Notes: generated from the sequence alone by a model not told the origin. A stretch of DNA of 64,000 bases from Clostridia bacterium (GCA_017453325.1 JAFTKK010000040.1:11022-75021), one strand, 5' to 3'; positions 1 through 10,337 are shown, counted from the first letter of the stretch. Made by a program: numbers and translations.

Positions 1-32
1 GGTGCTTGACATAATATATGTTCCTTTCTTGG

Positions 33-1574
33 TCAGTTCCAGTATTTTTTATCGAGACTGCGCAGCTGAATGGCCTCGGCAACATGCGGCGCACGGATGA
101 TCTCGCTTTCGTCAAGGTCGGCAATGGTGCGCGCGACGCGCATCACGCGGTCATACCCGCGCGCCGAGAGTCCCATGCGATCGTAGGCGTTGGCGAGCAG
201 GGTGCGCGCCGCCTCGTCGGTGATGCAATACCTGCGGATGGCTGCAGCATCAAGCTGGGCGTTACAAAAGATCTGCTTTTCGCCTTGCATACGCGCACTC
301 GCAAACGCTCTGGCACGCACCACGCGCGCACGCACCTCGGCAGAGGTCTCGGTGGCGGCATCACGCGCGGACAGCTCCTCAAAGGCAAGCGAGGGCAGCT
401 CGACCTCAATATCGATGCGGTCAAGCAGCGGACCGCTGATGCGGGATACGTACCGCTTCACATCTGCCTGTGAGCAGGTGCAGGGCTTGGTGGGATGGCC
501 GAAATATCCGCAACGGCAGGGGTTCATGGCCCCCACCATCATAAACGAGCACGGGAAGGTGACGCGTGCGGCGGCACGCGTGATGGTGACACGCCGATCT
601 TCAAGCGGCTGGCGGAGCGTATCGGTAACGGTTTTGGGGAACTCGGGCAGCTCATCAAGGAAGAGCACCCCGTTGTGTGCCAAGGACACCTCGCCGGGGG
701 TGGGGTTGGCACCGCCGCCGACCAGGCTGACCGCTGACATGGTATGATGCGGTGCGCGAAACGGCCGCGCCGTGAGCAGCGAGCGCCCCTCCCGCAGCGT
801 GCCCGCAACCGAATGTATTTTGGTGGTCTCGATGGCCTCCTCGAAGGAAAGCGGGGGCAGGATGGTGGGCAGGCGCTTGGCCAGCATCGACTTACCCGTG
901 CCGGGTGGGCCAATGAGCAAAATATTGTGACCGCCTGCGGCGGCGATCTCCATGGCGCGCTTGGCCATGGTCTGGCCGCGCACGTCGGCAAAATCCAGCG
1001 TGTACTCGACGGGGGCATCGGAAAAATCCGCAGCATCGGTACTGACCGGTGTGATCCGCTCCTCGCCGTTGAGGTGTGCGACAAGTGCACGCATATCGGT
1101 CAGCGGATAGACCGTCATGCCCGCCACCGCCGCGGCCTCGCGCGCGTTTTCGGCGGGAACGAAAATTTCGGTAAGACCCGCATCGCGCGCCGCCACGCAC
1201 ATCGACAGCGCCCCGCGCACCCCACGAACGGCACCCGAAAGCGAGAGCTCGCCGACAAGGCAGGTGCGGGAAAGATCGACGCGGCGGTTGATTACGCCCG
1301 CGCAGCGCAAAATGCCCGTGAGGATCGCAACGTCAAAGCCCGAGCCCTCCTTTTTGCGGTTGGCGGGTGCTAAATTGACGGTGAGAGAAAAGGCAGGAAA
1401 GCGAAAGCCGCTGTTGGCGCCGGCGGTGCGCACGCGCTCCTTGGCCTCCTTGACGGCGGTATCGGGGAGACCCACGATCTCAAAATCACCCAGGCGCTCC
1501 TGTGCATCACATTCTACGGTCACCAAAAAGCCGTCAATGCCGCAAAGGCCCGCCGAGAGCAACGTTGTCAGCAT
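33..1574 (-). CDS. comM: YifB/ComM family Mg-chelatase-like AAA+ ATPase
   Basis: 513 aa; N-terminal Lon-like IVGLPDTAVKEAKERV, NLAPA, Walker A GPPGTGKS, RPFRAPHHT, GEVSLAHNGVLFLDE, AMNPCRCG. Confidence 0.93.
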   Translation of the reverse strand: MLTTLLSAGLCGIDGFLVTVECDAQERLGDFEIVGLPDTAVKEAKERVRTAGANSGFRFPAFSLTVNLAPANRKKEGSGFDVAILTGILRCAGVINRRVDLSRTCLVGELSLSGAVRGVRGALSMCVAARDAGLTEIFVPAENAREAAAVAGMTVYPLTDMRALVAHLNGEERITPVSTDAADFSDAPVEYTLDFADVRGQTMAKRAMEIAAAGGHNILLIGPPGTGKSMLAKRLPTILPPLSFEEAIETTKIHSVAGTLREGRSLLTARPFRAPHHTMSAVSLVGGGANPTPGEVSLAHNGVLFLDELPEFPKTVTDTLRQPLEDRRVTITRAAARVTFPCSFMMVGAMNPCRCGYFGHPTKPCTCSQADVKRYVSRISGPLLDRIDIEVELPSLAFEELSARDAATETSAEVRARVVRARAFASARMQGEKQIFCNAQLDAAAIRRYCITDEAARTLLANAYDRMGLSARGYDRVMRVARTIADLDESEIIRAPHVAEAIQLRSLDKKYWN

Positions 1575-1682
1575 ATCACATTCCTCCCCTCACTATAGTT
1601 AGAAGTAGTATAACATATTTTTAATTGCAATGCAAGATTTTTTCCCCCACTTTGCGACGCTTTTGGGAAAATGACCAAAAAA

Positions 1683-1710
1683 CGGGGCTGCGTCCAATGA
1701 CGCAGCCCCG
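1683..1710. terminator. Hairpin downstream of the LRR gene
   Basis: cggggctgcgtc-caat-gacgcagccccg perfect 12-bp stem; T-rich tail on the minus strand. Confidence 0.7.
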
Positions 1711-1716
1711 AAGCGA

Positions 1717-3207
1717 TCAGCGATACCAGCAGTCGTATTTATAAAGCCCCGTGAGGGCAGCCGCGTTGGCGGCAGCATCGGACACGGTCACCGAAACGGC
1801 ACCGACACCTCTTGTGGCGGCGCGTTGCCAGCCCTCGGTGACGGCAAAGGTAACAGCGGTAAGCGCGGTGCAGCCGTCAAGCGCACGCGCACCGAGCGTG
1901 ACCACACCCGCCCCCACATGAAGCGAGGCGAGAGACGCGCCAGACAGCGCGCTGTCGGCAATCACGCGCGTATCCTCATGAACGGTGAGGGAAACGGCAT
2001 CCGCCTCGACACCGATCAGCACCAGATACGGATTTTCCGCGTTGCCGAGATACAGTCCACCCTCGTGGGAAAGGGGGGTGATTGCGGCATCATAAAAGGC
2101 CAATGCACCCAGCGTTTCGATACCGTTTGGCAGCGAAATGGCAGTAAGGGATGTGCATTTGTAAAAGGCACGCTCGCCAATCGTTGCGGTTGCCGCCGGC
2201 ACGGAAAGCTCCGAGAGCACCGTGCATTCGGCAAAGGCGTACGCCTCAATTTTTTGCAGGCTCGCGGGCAGCGTTACAGAGGAAAGAGAGGTGCAACCCG
2301 CAAAGGCATAGGCACCGAGAGAGCGCACCCCCTCAGGCAGCGTGACGGTAGCAAGAGCCGTGCAGCCGCTGAAGGCCTCCGCGCCGATGATGCGTGTATC
2401 GGCGGGCACCTCAAACGAGGTAACGGTCTTATCGGTAAGGCCCGCGAGGAGCAGGTGCGGCGTTTGCGCGGTGCCGAGATATTTGGCGCCGCCCCGCTCG
2501 GCATAAGCAATGGCGGCACAATCCGAAAAAGCGCCCTCTCCAAGAGAAAAGATACCGTCGTGCAGAACGACCTCCTCAAGAGAGGTGCAGCCCTCAAACA
2601 GCGCGGCGGGGATCGCCTCTACCCCGACAGGAAAAACAAAGGCCGTGAGCGCGGTGCAGCCCGCAAACGCCGAGATGCCGAGGAGCTGCAGCTCGCTTTT
2701 CTCATGGAAGGTCACGGTGGCAAGCGCGGGACAATCTGCAAAGGCGTGATTGCCGATCTGCACCACATTGGGACCGAAGCTGACCGAGGTGATGTTTTTA
2801 TTGCCCGCAAAAGCACCCTCGGCCACCGAAAGCACGGGCTTGCCGTTTTTCAGGGCGGGGATCACGAGATCGGTGGCGGTGCTGTTGCCCACTCCCACCA
2901 GCTCGTAGCCCGTCACGCCGCCGAGCGTGATCTCACCGTATTGCAGATACTCGCTGCCGTATTTGGCCTTGCCGCAGAACAGACAGTAGCCGACCTGATA
3001 TTGATGATCGGTCTCGTATTGCTCGGTCTTCACGACCTCGCCGCAATCCACACAGGTCTGCGCCTTGGTGCCCGCCACAGAGCAGGTGGCCTCAACGGTC
3101 ACGACCCATTCGACATTTTTATGCTTACATTTGCCGCAAGCGGCCAACGCCGCGCAGCACACCAAAAGCAAGGCGGCTATAGCGACAATTTTGAGGGTAT
3201 TTTTCAT
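1717..3207 (-). CDS. BspA/TpLRR-type leucine-rich-repeat surface lipoprotein
   Basis: Signal peptide with lipobox LAAC; many IgxxAFxxCxxLxxVxLP repeats; His/Cys-rich N-terminal segment; upstream TTGACA-17-TATAAT on the minus strand. Confidence 0.85.
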   Translation of the reverse strand: MKNTLKIVAIAALLLVCCAALAACGKCKHKNVEWVVTVEATCSVAGTKAQTCVDCGEVVKTEQYETDHQYQVGYCLFCGKAKYGSEYLQYGEITLGGVTGYELVGVGNSTATDLVIPALKNGKPVLSVAEGAFAGNKNITSVSFGPNVVQIGNHAFADCPALATVTFHEKSELQLLGISAFAGCTALTAFVFPVGVEAIPAALFEGCTSLEEVVLHDGIFSLGEGAFSDCAAIAYAERGGAKYLGTAQTPHLLLAGLTDKTVTSFEVPADTRIIGAEAFSGCTALATVTLPEGVRSLGAYAFAGCTSLSSVTLPASLQKIEAYAFAECTVLSELSVPAATATIGERAFYKCTSLTAISLPNGIETLGALAFYDAAITPLSHEGGLYLGNAENPYLVLIGVEADAVSLTVHEDTRVIADSALSGASLASLHVGAGVVTLGARALDGCTALTAVTFAVTEGWQRAATRGVGAVSVTVSDAAANAAALTGLYKYDCWYR

Positions 3208-3310
3208 ATCATATCTCTCCCGATTGCTCAGTTCATGCTAAAAATGCTTCAAACACCATCATTATATCGCAAAACGCACAAAATGTCAAGAAACGGGGCG
3301 AGAAAACGCG

Positions 3311-3343
3311 AAAAAGACGGCTGCCAAGGCAGCCGTCCTTTTT
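3311..3343. terminator. Rho-independent terminator after spoIIIAH
   Basis: aaaaa-gacggctgcc-aa-ggcagccgtc-cttttt. Confidence 0.75.
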
Positions 3344-3358
3344 CAATGGGCAGATAGG

Positions 3359-3919
3359 TTATTTGGTAATGATGCGCACATTGGCAGGCAGAATACCCGC
3401 TTGCTCATATACGATCTCGTTGATCTGCGAGATCTGATTGGCCTGCAGGCTCTCGCTCTTGACCACCACGGAGCAGCTCTCCCCGTTTAAGATCGCCACA
3501 CATTGCTGGAAGCCCTTGGCAAGCACCATGGCCTCGATATTGGCCTCGGCCTCCATCTCCTTGGCGAGCTCGGAGATCTCTAAAAGCGCCCCCGTTTTGG
3601 TGGCCTCGTCGGCGTTTTCGTTATCAACGACGCTTTGCAAAACCTCAAGCGCCTCGTCACGGGCGCGCTGGCGGCTGACCTGCGTGGCGGAAAAATATCC
3701 GTCGACCTCGGCCTCGGTTTGGTTACTGTCGCCGCCCGTCTGATCTCCTGCGGGAACATTCGGATCAACGGTATCGGTCTTACCGCCAAAAAGCGTGAAA
3801 TTCAGCACCAAAGCAGCTGCAACCAGCAGGATGGCACAGGCGATCACGATCTGACGGCGCGCGGGTGGACGGCGTGTGACTTTTGCTTCCTGTTTGGGCA
3901 TTTCAAGTTGATTTTCCAT
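3359..3919 (-). CDS. spoIIIAH: Stage III sporulation protein AH
   Basis: Single N-terminal TM; YFxxxxxxRQRARDEALEVL, EANIEAMVLAKGF, VVVK...QINEIV...I.I.. typical of SpoIIIAH; RBS aaggaggg. Confidence 0.85.
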   Translation of the reverse strand: MENQLEMPKQEAKVTRRPPARRQIVIACAILLVAAALVLNFTLFGGKTDTVDPNVPAGDQTGGDSNQTEAEVDGYFSATQVSRQRARDEALEVLQSVVDNENADEATKTGALLEISELAKEMEAEANIEAMVLAKGFQQCVAILNGESCSVVVKSESLQANQISQINEIVYEQAGILPANVRIITK

Positions 3920-3952
3920 CTTTCAACCCTCCTTTACGTATTGCCTCATTCT

Positions 3953-3981
3953 GTTATATGGTGGGGCAAAGGAAAATATGC
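3953..3981 (-). promoter_or_regulatory. Sigma-E-type promoter of spoIIIAH
   Basis: Minus strand GCATATT-14 bp-CATATAAC matches the mother-cell sigma-E consensus and spacing. Confidence 0.7.
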
Positions 3982-4009
3982 CGTTTTTTTCGGAATTTAC
4001 GCAATTCTC

Positions 4010-4060
4010 TTGACAGACGGCGGGCAAGAGTCTATAATAAAAACAGTTGCACGCGCAACT
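4010..4060 (+). promoter_or_regulatory. Sigma-A promoter plus palindromic MarR operator
   Basis: TTGACA (4010-4015)-17 bp-TATAAT (4033-4038), then palindrome AGTTGC-acgc-GCAACT (4045-4060) near the start site. Confidence 0.75.
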
Positions 4061-4080
4061 AATTGGAAAGGAGCGTTTTT

Positions 4081-4512
4081 ATGCACGCTTTAAACAAAAT
4101 GAACTCCATCGTGCGCTACGGAAACCAATGGCGCGCCCCACGGCTTGAGGGCACGGGCATCAACGTGCCGGACCGCCCCTACCTATTTTATATCTGCCGC
4201 CATCCGGGAGAGTCACAGGATGCCATCTCCTCGGCGCTCTGCGTCAACAAAAGCAGCGTGACGCGGCGACTTTCTTACCTTGAAAAGGAGGGATACGTGA
4301 CGAGAAAATCCGACGAAAGTGACCGTCGCGTGCTCCTTGTTTACCCCACCGAAAAGGCCATGGCGCTACTGCCCGTTTTGCAGGAGATGTCACGCGAATG
4401 GAACGCGATCATCACGGCGGGCTTCAGCGAGGAGGAGATCGCCACCTTCTCGGAGCTGATCACGCGTGCCTTTACCAACGCCAGACAAAAAGCAAAGGAG
4501 ATAACGGAGTGA
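4081..4512 (+). CDS. MarR family transcriptional regulator
   Basis: SQDAIS...VNKSSVTRRLSYLEKEGYVTR...DRRVLLVYPTEKA winged-helix motif; RBS aaggag before ATG 4081. Confidence 0.9.
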   Translation: MHALNKMNSIVRYGNQWRAPRLEGTGINVPDRPYLFYICRHPGESQDAISSALCVNKSSVTRRLSYLEKEGYVTRKSDESDRRVLLVYPTEKAMALLPVLQEMSREWNAIITAGFSEEEIATFSELITRAFTNARQKAKEITE

Positions 4513-6230
4513 AGCTGATCTTTCATTATTTGCGCCCCCTTTGGCGCACGATAACCCTCGGGCTCAGCATCAAGGTGCTGGCCACGCTCTTTGAGCTCAC
4601 ACTCCCCTACATACTCAGCCACATTCTTGACGTGGTGGTGCCCACGCACGAGATCAAAAGCATTGTGCTGTGGGGTGGTGTGATGGTGGGTGCGGCGCTC
4701 TTTGCCATGATCGGCAACATCACCGCCAACCGCAACGCGGCAAGGGTTGCACGCGAGGCCTCACGCCGCATCAGACACGATCTGTTTGACGCGACCATGC
4801 ACCTCTCGGCACGGCAGACGGACACCTTTACCGTGCCCTCGCTCGAAAGCCGCCTGACCTCGGACACCTATAACGTACACCACTTTATCGGCATGATGTA
4901 GCGCATGGCGGTGCGTGTGCCGATCCTGCTGCTTGGCGGCATTGCCATCACGCTGGTGCTTGACTGGCGCCTTGCGGTGGTGATGATCGTGACGCTGCCC
5001 TTTATCGGCGGCTCGGTATTTCTCATCACACGCCGCGGCCTGCCCTTGTATCACGAAACACAAAAGGCGGTGGACGGGATGGTACGCGTGGTGCGCGAGG
5101 ACTGCCAGGGCGTGCGCGTAATCAAGGCGCTCTCCAAGGAGGACTATGAGAGCCGCCGCTACGATGCCGTCAATCGCAATCTGATAGAAAAGGAGCGCCG
5201 CGCGGGTGTGACCATGGCGCTCTCACAGCCGCTGATGACCCTGTTTTTAAACATCGGCCTCGTGGCAGTCATTCTGGTGGGTGCGTATCTCGTCAACGAC
5301 GGGCTCTCAATGCCCGGACGCATCATCGCATTTATTCAGTATTTTACGCTGATGTCGGGCGCAATGAGCGCCATGACGCGCATTTTCGTGCAATCGACCA
5401 AAAGCGCGGCATCGGCCAACCGCATCGGGGAAGTGCTGCACGCCGCAGACACCTCACGCAAAACAAACACGCTGCGCCACCCCGAAAATGACGAGCGATT
5501 TATCGTATTTGACGACGTTTGCTTCTCGTATAACGGCAAAAAGGACAACCTTTCTCACGTCAGCTTTACCCTGCCCCGCGGCGGCACACTCGGTGTGATC
5601 GGTGCGACGGGCTCGGGCAAAACGACTTTGGTTTCCCTCTTGCAGCGCTTTTACGACATTGACAGCGGCAGCATCCGCATCGGTGGCGAGGACATTTACG
5701 CCATGGAGCGCGAGCGGCTGCACCAAATGTTTGGCGTTGTGATGCAAAACGACTTCATCAGCGCCGACACGGTAGCCGAAAACATCCGCTTTGGCCGCGA
5801 CATCGGCGACGGGGAGATACGCCGCGCCGCACGCCTGGCACAGGCCGCCGACTTTATTGAAGCCTTTGCCGACGGATACGAGCATCAGCTGACCGCAAAG
5901 GGCACGAACGTTTCGGGCGGCCAGCGGCAGCGCATTCTGATCGCACGTGCGCTGGCGGGAAGCCCCGATATTCTCGTACTGGACGATGCCTCCTCGGCTC
6001 TTGACTATAAAACAGACGCCTGCCTGCGCCGCGCGATCCGCGAGGAGCTGGCGGATACCACGACCGTGGTGGTGGCACAACGCGTGAGCTCGGTCAAGCA
6101 CGCAGATCACATTTTGGTGCTGGAGGACGGCTGCGTGATCGGTGCGGGCAAGCACGAAGAGCTGCTTCTCACCTGCCCTGCCTACAAGGAGATCAGCGAT
6201 TCGCAGATGGGAGGTGCGTTCCTTGAATAA
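4509..6230 (+). pseudogene. ABC exporter (TMD+NBD) subunit 1, interrupted by one in-frame TAG at 4899-4901
   Basis: GTG start overlaps the marR stop; ORFs 4398..4901 and 4905..6230 share a frame (..SRLTSDTYNVHHFIGMM*RMAVRVP..); Walker A GATGSGKT, signature VSGGQRQR, Walker B ILVLDD. Confidence 0.8.
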
Positions 6231-8082
6231 CATGCCAATGGGTGGCGGTGGCGGCGGGCTTGGAAAATCCCGTAGTCTTAACAGCACCGTCGTTGACCAA
6301 AAGCAAAGCAAGGGCGACAAGGTGCTGGTGCTGCGCCGCATGGGAAAATACCTTTTCCGTTACCCCAAGACCGTGATGCTGGCGCTGACGCTGATGCTCT
6401 CCTCCAACCTCCTCGCCCTCGCGGGTCCCATGCTCTCGGGCAAGGCCATTGATGCCATTCAGCTCGGGCGCGGGGCGGTGGATTTTGACACGGTATGGCT
6501 CTACGGCGGCCTGCTGATCGCCTTTTACGCCATTTCGGGACTGCTCTCTTATCTGCTTTCGGTGCTGATGGTCAATCTCAGCCAAAAAATTATTTACACC
6601 ATGCGTCGCGAGGTGTTTGAGCACCTCACCTCACTTCCCGTGGGCTATTTTGACACGCACGCCACGGGTGACATCATCAGCCATATTTCCTATGACATTG
6701 ACACCGTAAACGCCTCGCTCTCGCACGACCTTTTGCACGTGCTGGCAAGCATTGTGACCGTGGTGGGCGCGCTTGGCATGATGTTTTCGATCTCGCCTGC
6801 GCTCGTGCTGGTGTTTGCGATCACCATTCCGATCTCGATCCTCTTTACGCGCTACAAGACCAAGCGCATCCGCCCTTTGTTCAAAACGCGCTCGCGCAAG
6901 CTGGGTGAGCTCAACGGCTATGCCGAGGAGATGCTCTCGGGTGCAAAGACGATCCGCGCTTATTCGCGTGAGGACGTGATCGTTTCGCGCTTTGACAAAC
7001 GCAATGACGACGCCGTAGAGGCTTATTTCAAGGCCGATTGGCACGGCGCGATGATCGGCCCCTCGGTCATGTTCATCAACAACTTCTCCATTGCACTTGT
7101 TACGCTCTTCGGCGGTATTTTGTATATGCTCAGCGGAACGCGTGCCGATCTTGCTCCCGTGTTTGTCATCACGCTCGGCGGTGTTTCCGCCTTCGTGCAG
7201 TATTCGCGCAAATTCTCGGGCCCCATCAACGAGCTTGCCAACATCATCAGCGAGCTGCAGTCGGCCACGGCGGCGGCAGAGCGCGTCTTCCGCCTGATCG
7301 ACGAAGAGCCCGAAAAGGCGGATGCGGAAAATGCCGTGGCTTTAACCGACGTGCAGGGCGACGTTGACTTCAGACACGTGAAGTTTGGCTACGTGGAGGG
7401 TAAGACCATTCTGCACGACCTCACGGTACACGCAGCCCCCGGCACCACGGTAGCCATCGTAGGCCCCACGGGTGCGGGAAAAACCACCATTATCAATCTG
7501 CTCATGCGCTTTTATGACGTGAACAGCGGTGCGGTGGCGGTGGACGGGGTCGATATCCGCGAGGCCACGCGCAGATCTTTGCGCGGTGCCTTTACCATGG
7601 TGCTGCAGGATACGTGGCTGTTTTGCGGCACGATCTTTGACAATATCACTTACGGCAAGGAAAACGCCACGATGGAGGAGGTCGTTGCCGCCGCGAAGGC
7701 TGCGCACATTCACAACTACATCGAAAGCCTGCGTGATGGCTACAACACCATGCTGACAGACGACGGCGTGAACATTTCCAAGGGACAAAGGCAGCTGATC
7801 ACCATTGCGCGTGCCATGCTGGCAGATGCACCGATGCTGATTCTTGACGAAGCGACCTCGAACGTGGACAGCCGCACCGAGCAGCAGATCGGTTCCGCCA
7901 TGAAGCGGCTGATGCGCGGGCGCACCTCCTTCGTGATCGCGCACCGTCTTTCCACCATTCAAAACGCGGACGTGATTTTGGTGGTAAAGGAGGGCAACGT
8001 GATCGAATCGGGCAATCACGAAACCCTGATGAAAAAGCCGGGCGGTTTTTACGCGGCTCTTTACAATTCGCAATTTACTTGA
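6223..8082 (+). CDS. ABC exporter (TMD+NBD) subunit 2
   Basis: TTG start with RBS ggaggt; multiple TM segments; GPTGAGKT, ISKGQRQL, LILDEATS, IAHRL. Confidence 0.92.
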   Translation: MNNMPMGGGGGGLGKSRSLNSTVVDQKQSKGDKVLVLRRMGKYLFRYPKTVMLALTLMLSSNLLALAGPMLSGKAIDAIQLGRGAVDFDTVWLYGGLLIAFYAISGLLSYLLSVLMVNLSQKIIYTMRREVFEHLTSLPVGYFDTHATGDIISHISYDIDTVNASLSHDLLHVLASIVTVVGALGMMFSISPALVLVFAITIPISILFTRYKTKRIRPLFKTRSRKLGELNGYAEEMLSGAKTIRAYSREDVIVSRFDKRNDDAVEAYFKADWHGAMIGPSVMFINNFSIALVTLFGGILYMLSGTRADLAPVFVITLGGVSAFVQYSRKFSGPINELANIISELQSATAAAERVFRLIDEEPEKADAENAVALTDVQGDVDFRHVKFGYVEGKTILHDLTVHAAPGTTVAIVGPTGAGKTTIINLLMRFYDVNSGAVAVDGVDIREATRRSLRGAFTMVLQDTWLFCGTIFDNITYGKENATMEEVVAAAKAAHIHNYIESLRDGYNTMLTDDGVNISKGQRQLITIARAMLADAPMLILDEATSNVDSRTEQQIGSAMKRLMRGRTSFVIAHRLSTIQNADVILVVKEGNVIESGNHETLMKKPGGFYAALYNSQFT

Positions 8083-8094
8083 TACAATAGACTT

Positions 8095-9531
8095 ATGAAA
8101 ATAGAACTTTTTGCCCTGAACGGCTCGTATGCACACTCCTGCCTTGCGGTGCGGTGCCTCAAAACAGCCCTTTCGGGGGCGGGATTTACCGACGTGCACA
8201 TCACCGAGGCCACACTGCGTGACCGCACGGCAGGTGTGCTGGCACGTTTGGTGGCAGCAAACGCTGCTCTTTACGGCTTTTCCTGCTACATCTGGAGCAT
8301 TGAGGAAATGCTGCGTCTCGCGCGTGACCTCAAGGCGGTGCGCCCCGAGGCCAAGATCGTGCTGGGCGGGCCCGAGGTATTCTTTGACACGGCGCGCTTT
8401 GAAAAGCTTGATTTTATCGACACCGTGGTCACGGGTGAGGGCGAAGCGGCGATGGTGACGCTTGCACACCTTTTGCGCGAGGGAAAGACGCTGCCCCGCG
8501 TGCTGGCGGGCACACCCGACCCCCAATTTGCCACACGTGACATTCATTACGACACCGCTGAGAAAAGCACCTCGCTCGTTTACTACGAAAGTGCGCGCGG
8601 GTGCCCCTTTTCCTGCGCCTTTTGCCTCTCCTCGGCCACCGAGGGTGTGCGCGCCAAAAGCGCGGACAAGGCCCTCTCGGACCTCCTTGACTTTGAACAG
8701 ATAGAGGCTCCCGTGACGGTCAAGCTGGTGGATCGCACCTTTAATTTCGACCGTGCACGTGCCAAGAAGATCTGGCGGGGACTGTTGTCCGATGCCTATA
8801 CGAAATGCTACCATTTTGAGATCTGTGCGGCCTTGCTTGACGAGGAGAGCTTTGAGATCCTCTCGCGCTTTCCCGAAGGAAAGATACGGCTGGAGATCGG
8901 CTTGCAAAGCACCAACGAAAAAACCCTTGCCGCCATCAGCCGCCACACCGATGCAAAGGCGGTTTTAAGTGCCGCCAAGCGCCTGACTGCCATGGGAAAT
9001 CTGCACGTGCACCTTGATCTCATTGCGGGGCTGCCGCATGAGGACTACAGCTCCTTTGCCAAATCCTTTGACGAGGCCTATTTTTGCTGCAACGTGCTGC
9101 AGCTCGGCTTTCTCAAGCTACTGCACGGCACGGCACTTTGGCGTGAGCGTGAAAAATACGGCATCCTTGCCTCGGGGACGGCGCCCTACACCGCGCTGCA
9201 AACGGCATGGCTCAGCTTTGAGGAGCTTGACCGTCTGCACGGCATAGCCGACCTCCTTGACCGCCTGTGTGAAAAGGGCAGATTTGCCCACACGCTGCAT
9301 TATCTTCTCGCCCGTGTAGCATCGCCCTTTGGATTTTACGAGGGCTTCCTTGACTACCTGCAAAAAAGCGACGGACGCGAGCTGCAAAAGATTGCGCAGC
9401 GCGACCTGTTTTTGCACCTTTCCCAATTTGGCAAGCAGCTGCTTGACCCCGCGCTTCACGCGGAATTTGCCACCTATCTTGAGGCGGATTTCAGAACGGC
9501 GGAGGTCAGAAAGCCGCCCCAATTCTCTTAA
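8095..9531 (+). CDS. B12-binding-domain radical SAM protein (DUF4080-type)
   Basis: FSCYIW, LGGPEV cobalamin-binding region; RGCPFSCAFC CxxxCxxC; DRTFN; EIGLQS; HLDLIAGLP. Confidence 0.88.
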   Translation: MKIELFALNGSYAHSCLAVRCLKTALSGAGFTDVHITEATLRDRTAGVLARLVAANAALYGFSCYIWSIEEMLRLARDLKAVRPEAKIVLGGPEVFFDTARFEKLDFIDTVVTGEGEAAMVTLAHLLREGKTLPRVLAGTPDPQFATRDIHYDTAEKSTSLVYYESARGCPFSCAFCLSSATEGVRAKSADKALSDLLDFEQIEAPVTVKLVDRTFNFDRARAKKIWRGLLSDAYTKCYHFEICAALLDEESFEILSRFPEGKIRLEIGLQSTNEKTLAAISRHTDAKAVLSAAKRLTAMGNLHVHLDLIAGLPHEDYSSFAKSFDEAYFCCNVLQLGFLKLLHGTALWREREKYGILASGTAPYTALQTAWLSFEELDRLHGIADLLDRLCEKGRFAHTLHYLLARVASPFGFYEGFLDYLQKSDGRELQKIAQRDLFLHLSQFGKQLLDPALHAEFATYLEADFRTAEVRKPPQFS

Positions 9532-9617
9532 AAAAACAAGGAACGGTATGAAAAATTCAGATCATTGGTGCAGCCGAAGGGTTTGCCAAAAACTATCTTG
9601 ATGGGAGAAAAAACTTT

Positions 9618-10337
9618 ATGAGACGAATACTGGTAACCGGCGGCTCGCGCGGAATCGGCGCGGCCATTGTGCGCGCCTTTGCCGCACAGGGCGACCGTGT
9701 GGCCTTTCTTTACCGCAGCAATCATGCAGCAGCCGCCAAGGTGGCCGCCGAAACGGGCGCATTGCCCTTTTGCTGCGACATATCAGACCCCGATGCCGTG
9801 CGCAGGGTTTTCGGCGAGGTGTGCGGGGCGCTGGGCGGTGCACCCGAGGTACTGATCAACAACGCAGGAGTAGCCGAGAGTATACTCTCGCGCGACATCA
9901 GCGACACCGCATGGAAAACCATGCTGGATACCAACCTTTCCGCAGCCTTTTACCTTTGCCGCGAGGCAGAGGCTGGCATGATCGCGGAAAAGTGGGGACG
10001 CATCATAAATATCGGCTCGATGTGGGGCAAGGTAGGCGCCTCCTGCGAGGCGGCCTACTCCGCCGCGAAGGCGGGGCTGCGCGGCCTGACGATGGCGCTG
10101 GCTAAGGAGCTGGGTCCCTCGGGCATTACCGTAAACTGCGTGGAGCCCGGTGTGATCGACACCGACATGAACAAGAGCTATGACGAAAAGACGCTGCAGG
10201 CGCTGGCAGAGGAAACGCCGCTTTGCCGTATCGGACGCCCCGAGGAGGTAGCGGCGGCAGTAACCTTTCTTGCCTCGGACGGTGCCGCGTTTATCACGGG
10301 GCAATGTCTTGGCGTTGACGGCGGATTTGCCATATAA
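9618..10337 (+). CDS. Short-chain dehydrogenase/reductase, FabG/YmfI-like
   Basis: TGGSRGIG, NNAG, YSAAK catalytic motif, PGVIDTDM. Confidence 0.9.
   Translation: MRRILVTGGSRGIGAAIVRAFAAQGDRVAFLYRSNHAAAAKVAAETGALPFCCDISDPDAVRRVFGEVCGALGGAPEVLINNAGVAESILSRDISDTAWKTMLDTNLSAAFYLCREAEAGMIAEKWGRIINIGSMWGKVGASCEAAYSAAKAGLRGLTMALAKELGPSGITVNCVEPGVIDTDMNKSYDEKTLQALAEETPLCRIGRPEEVAAAVTFLASDGAAFITGQCLGVDGGFAI

Noticed and set aside
1-12. Start of a further minus-strand gene (ATG at 12 with RBS agaaagga)
   Set aside because: Only four codons are visible, so the product cannot be called.
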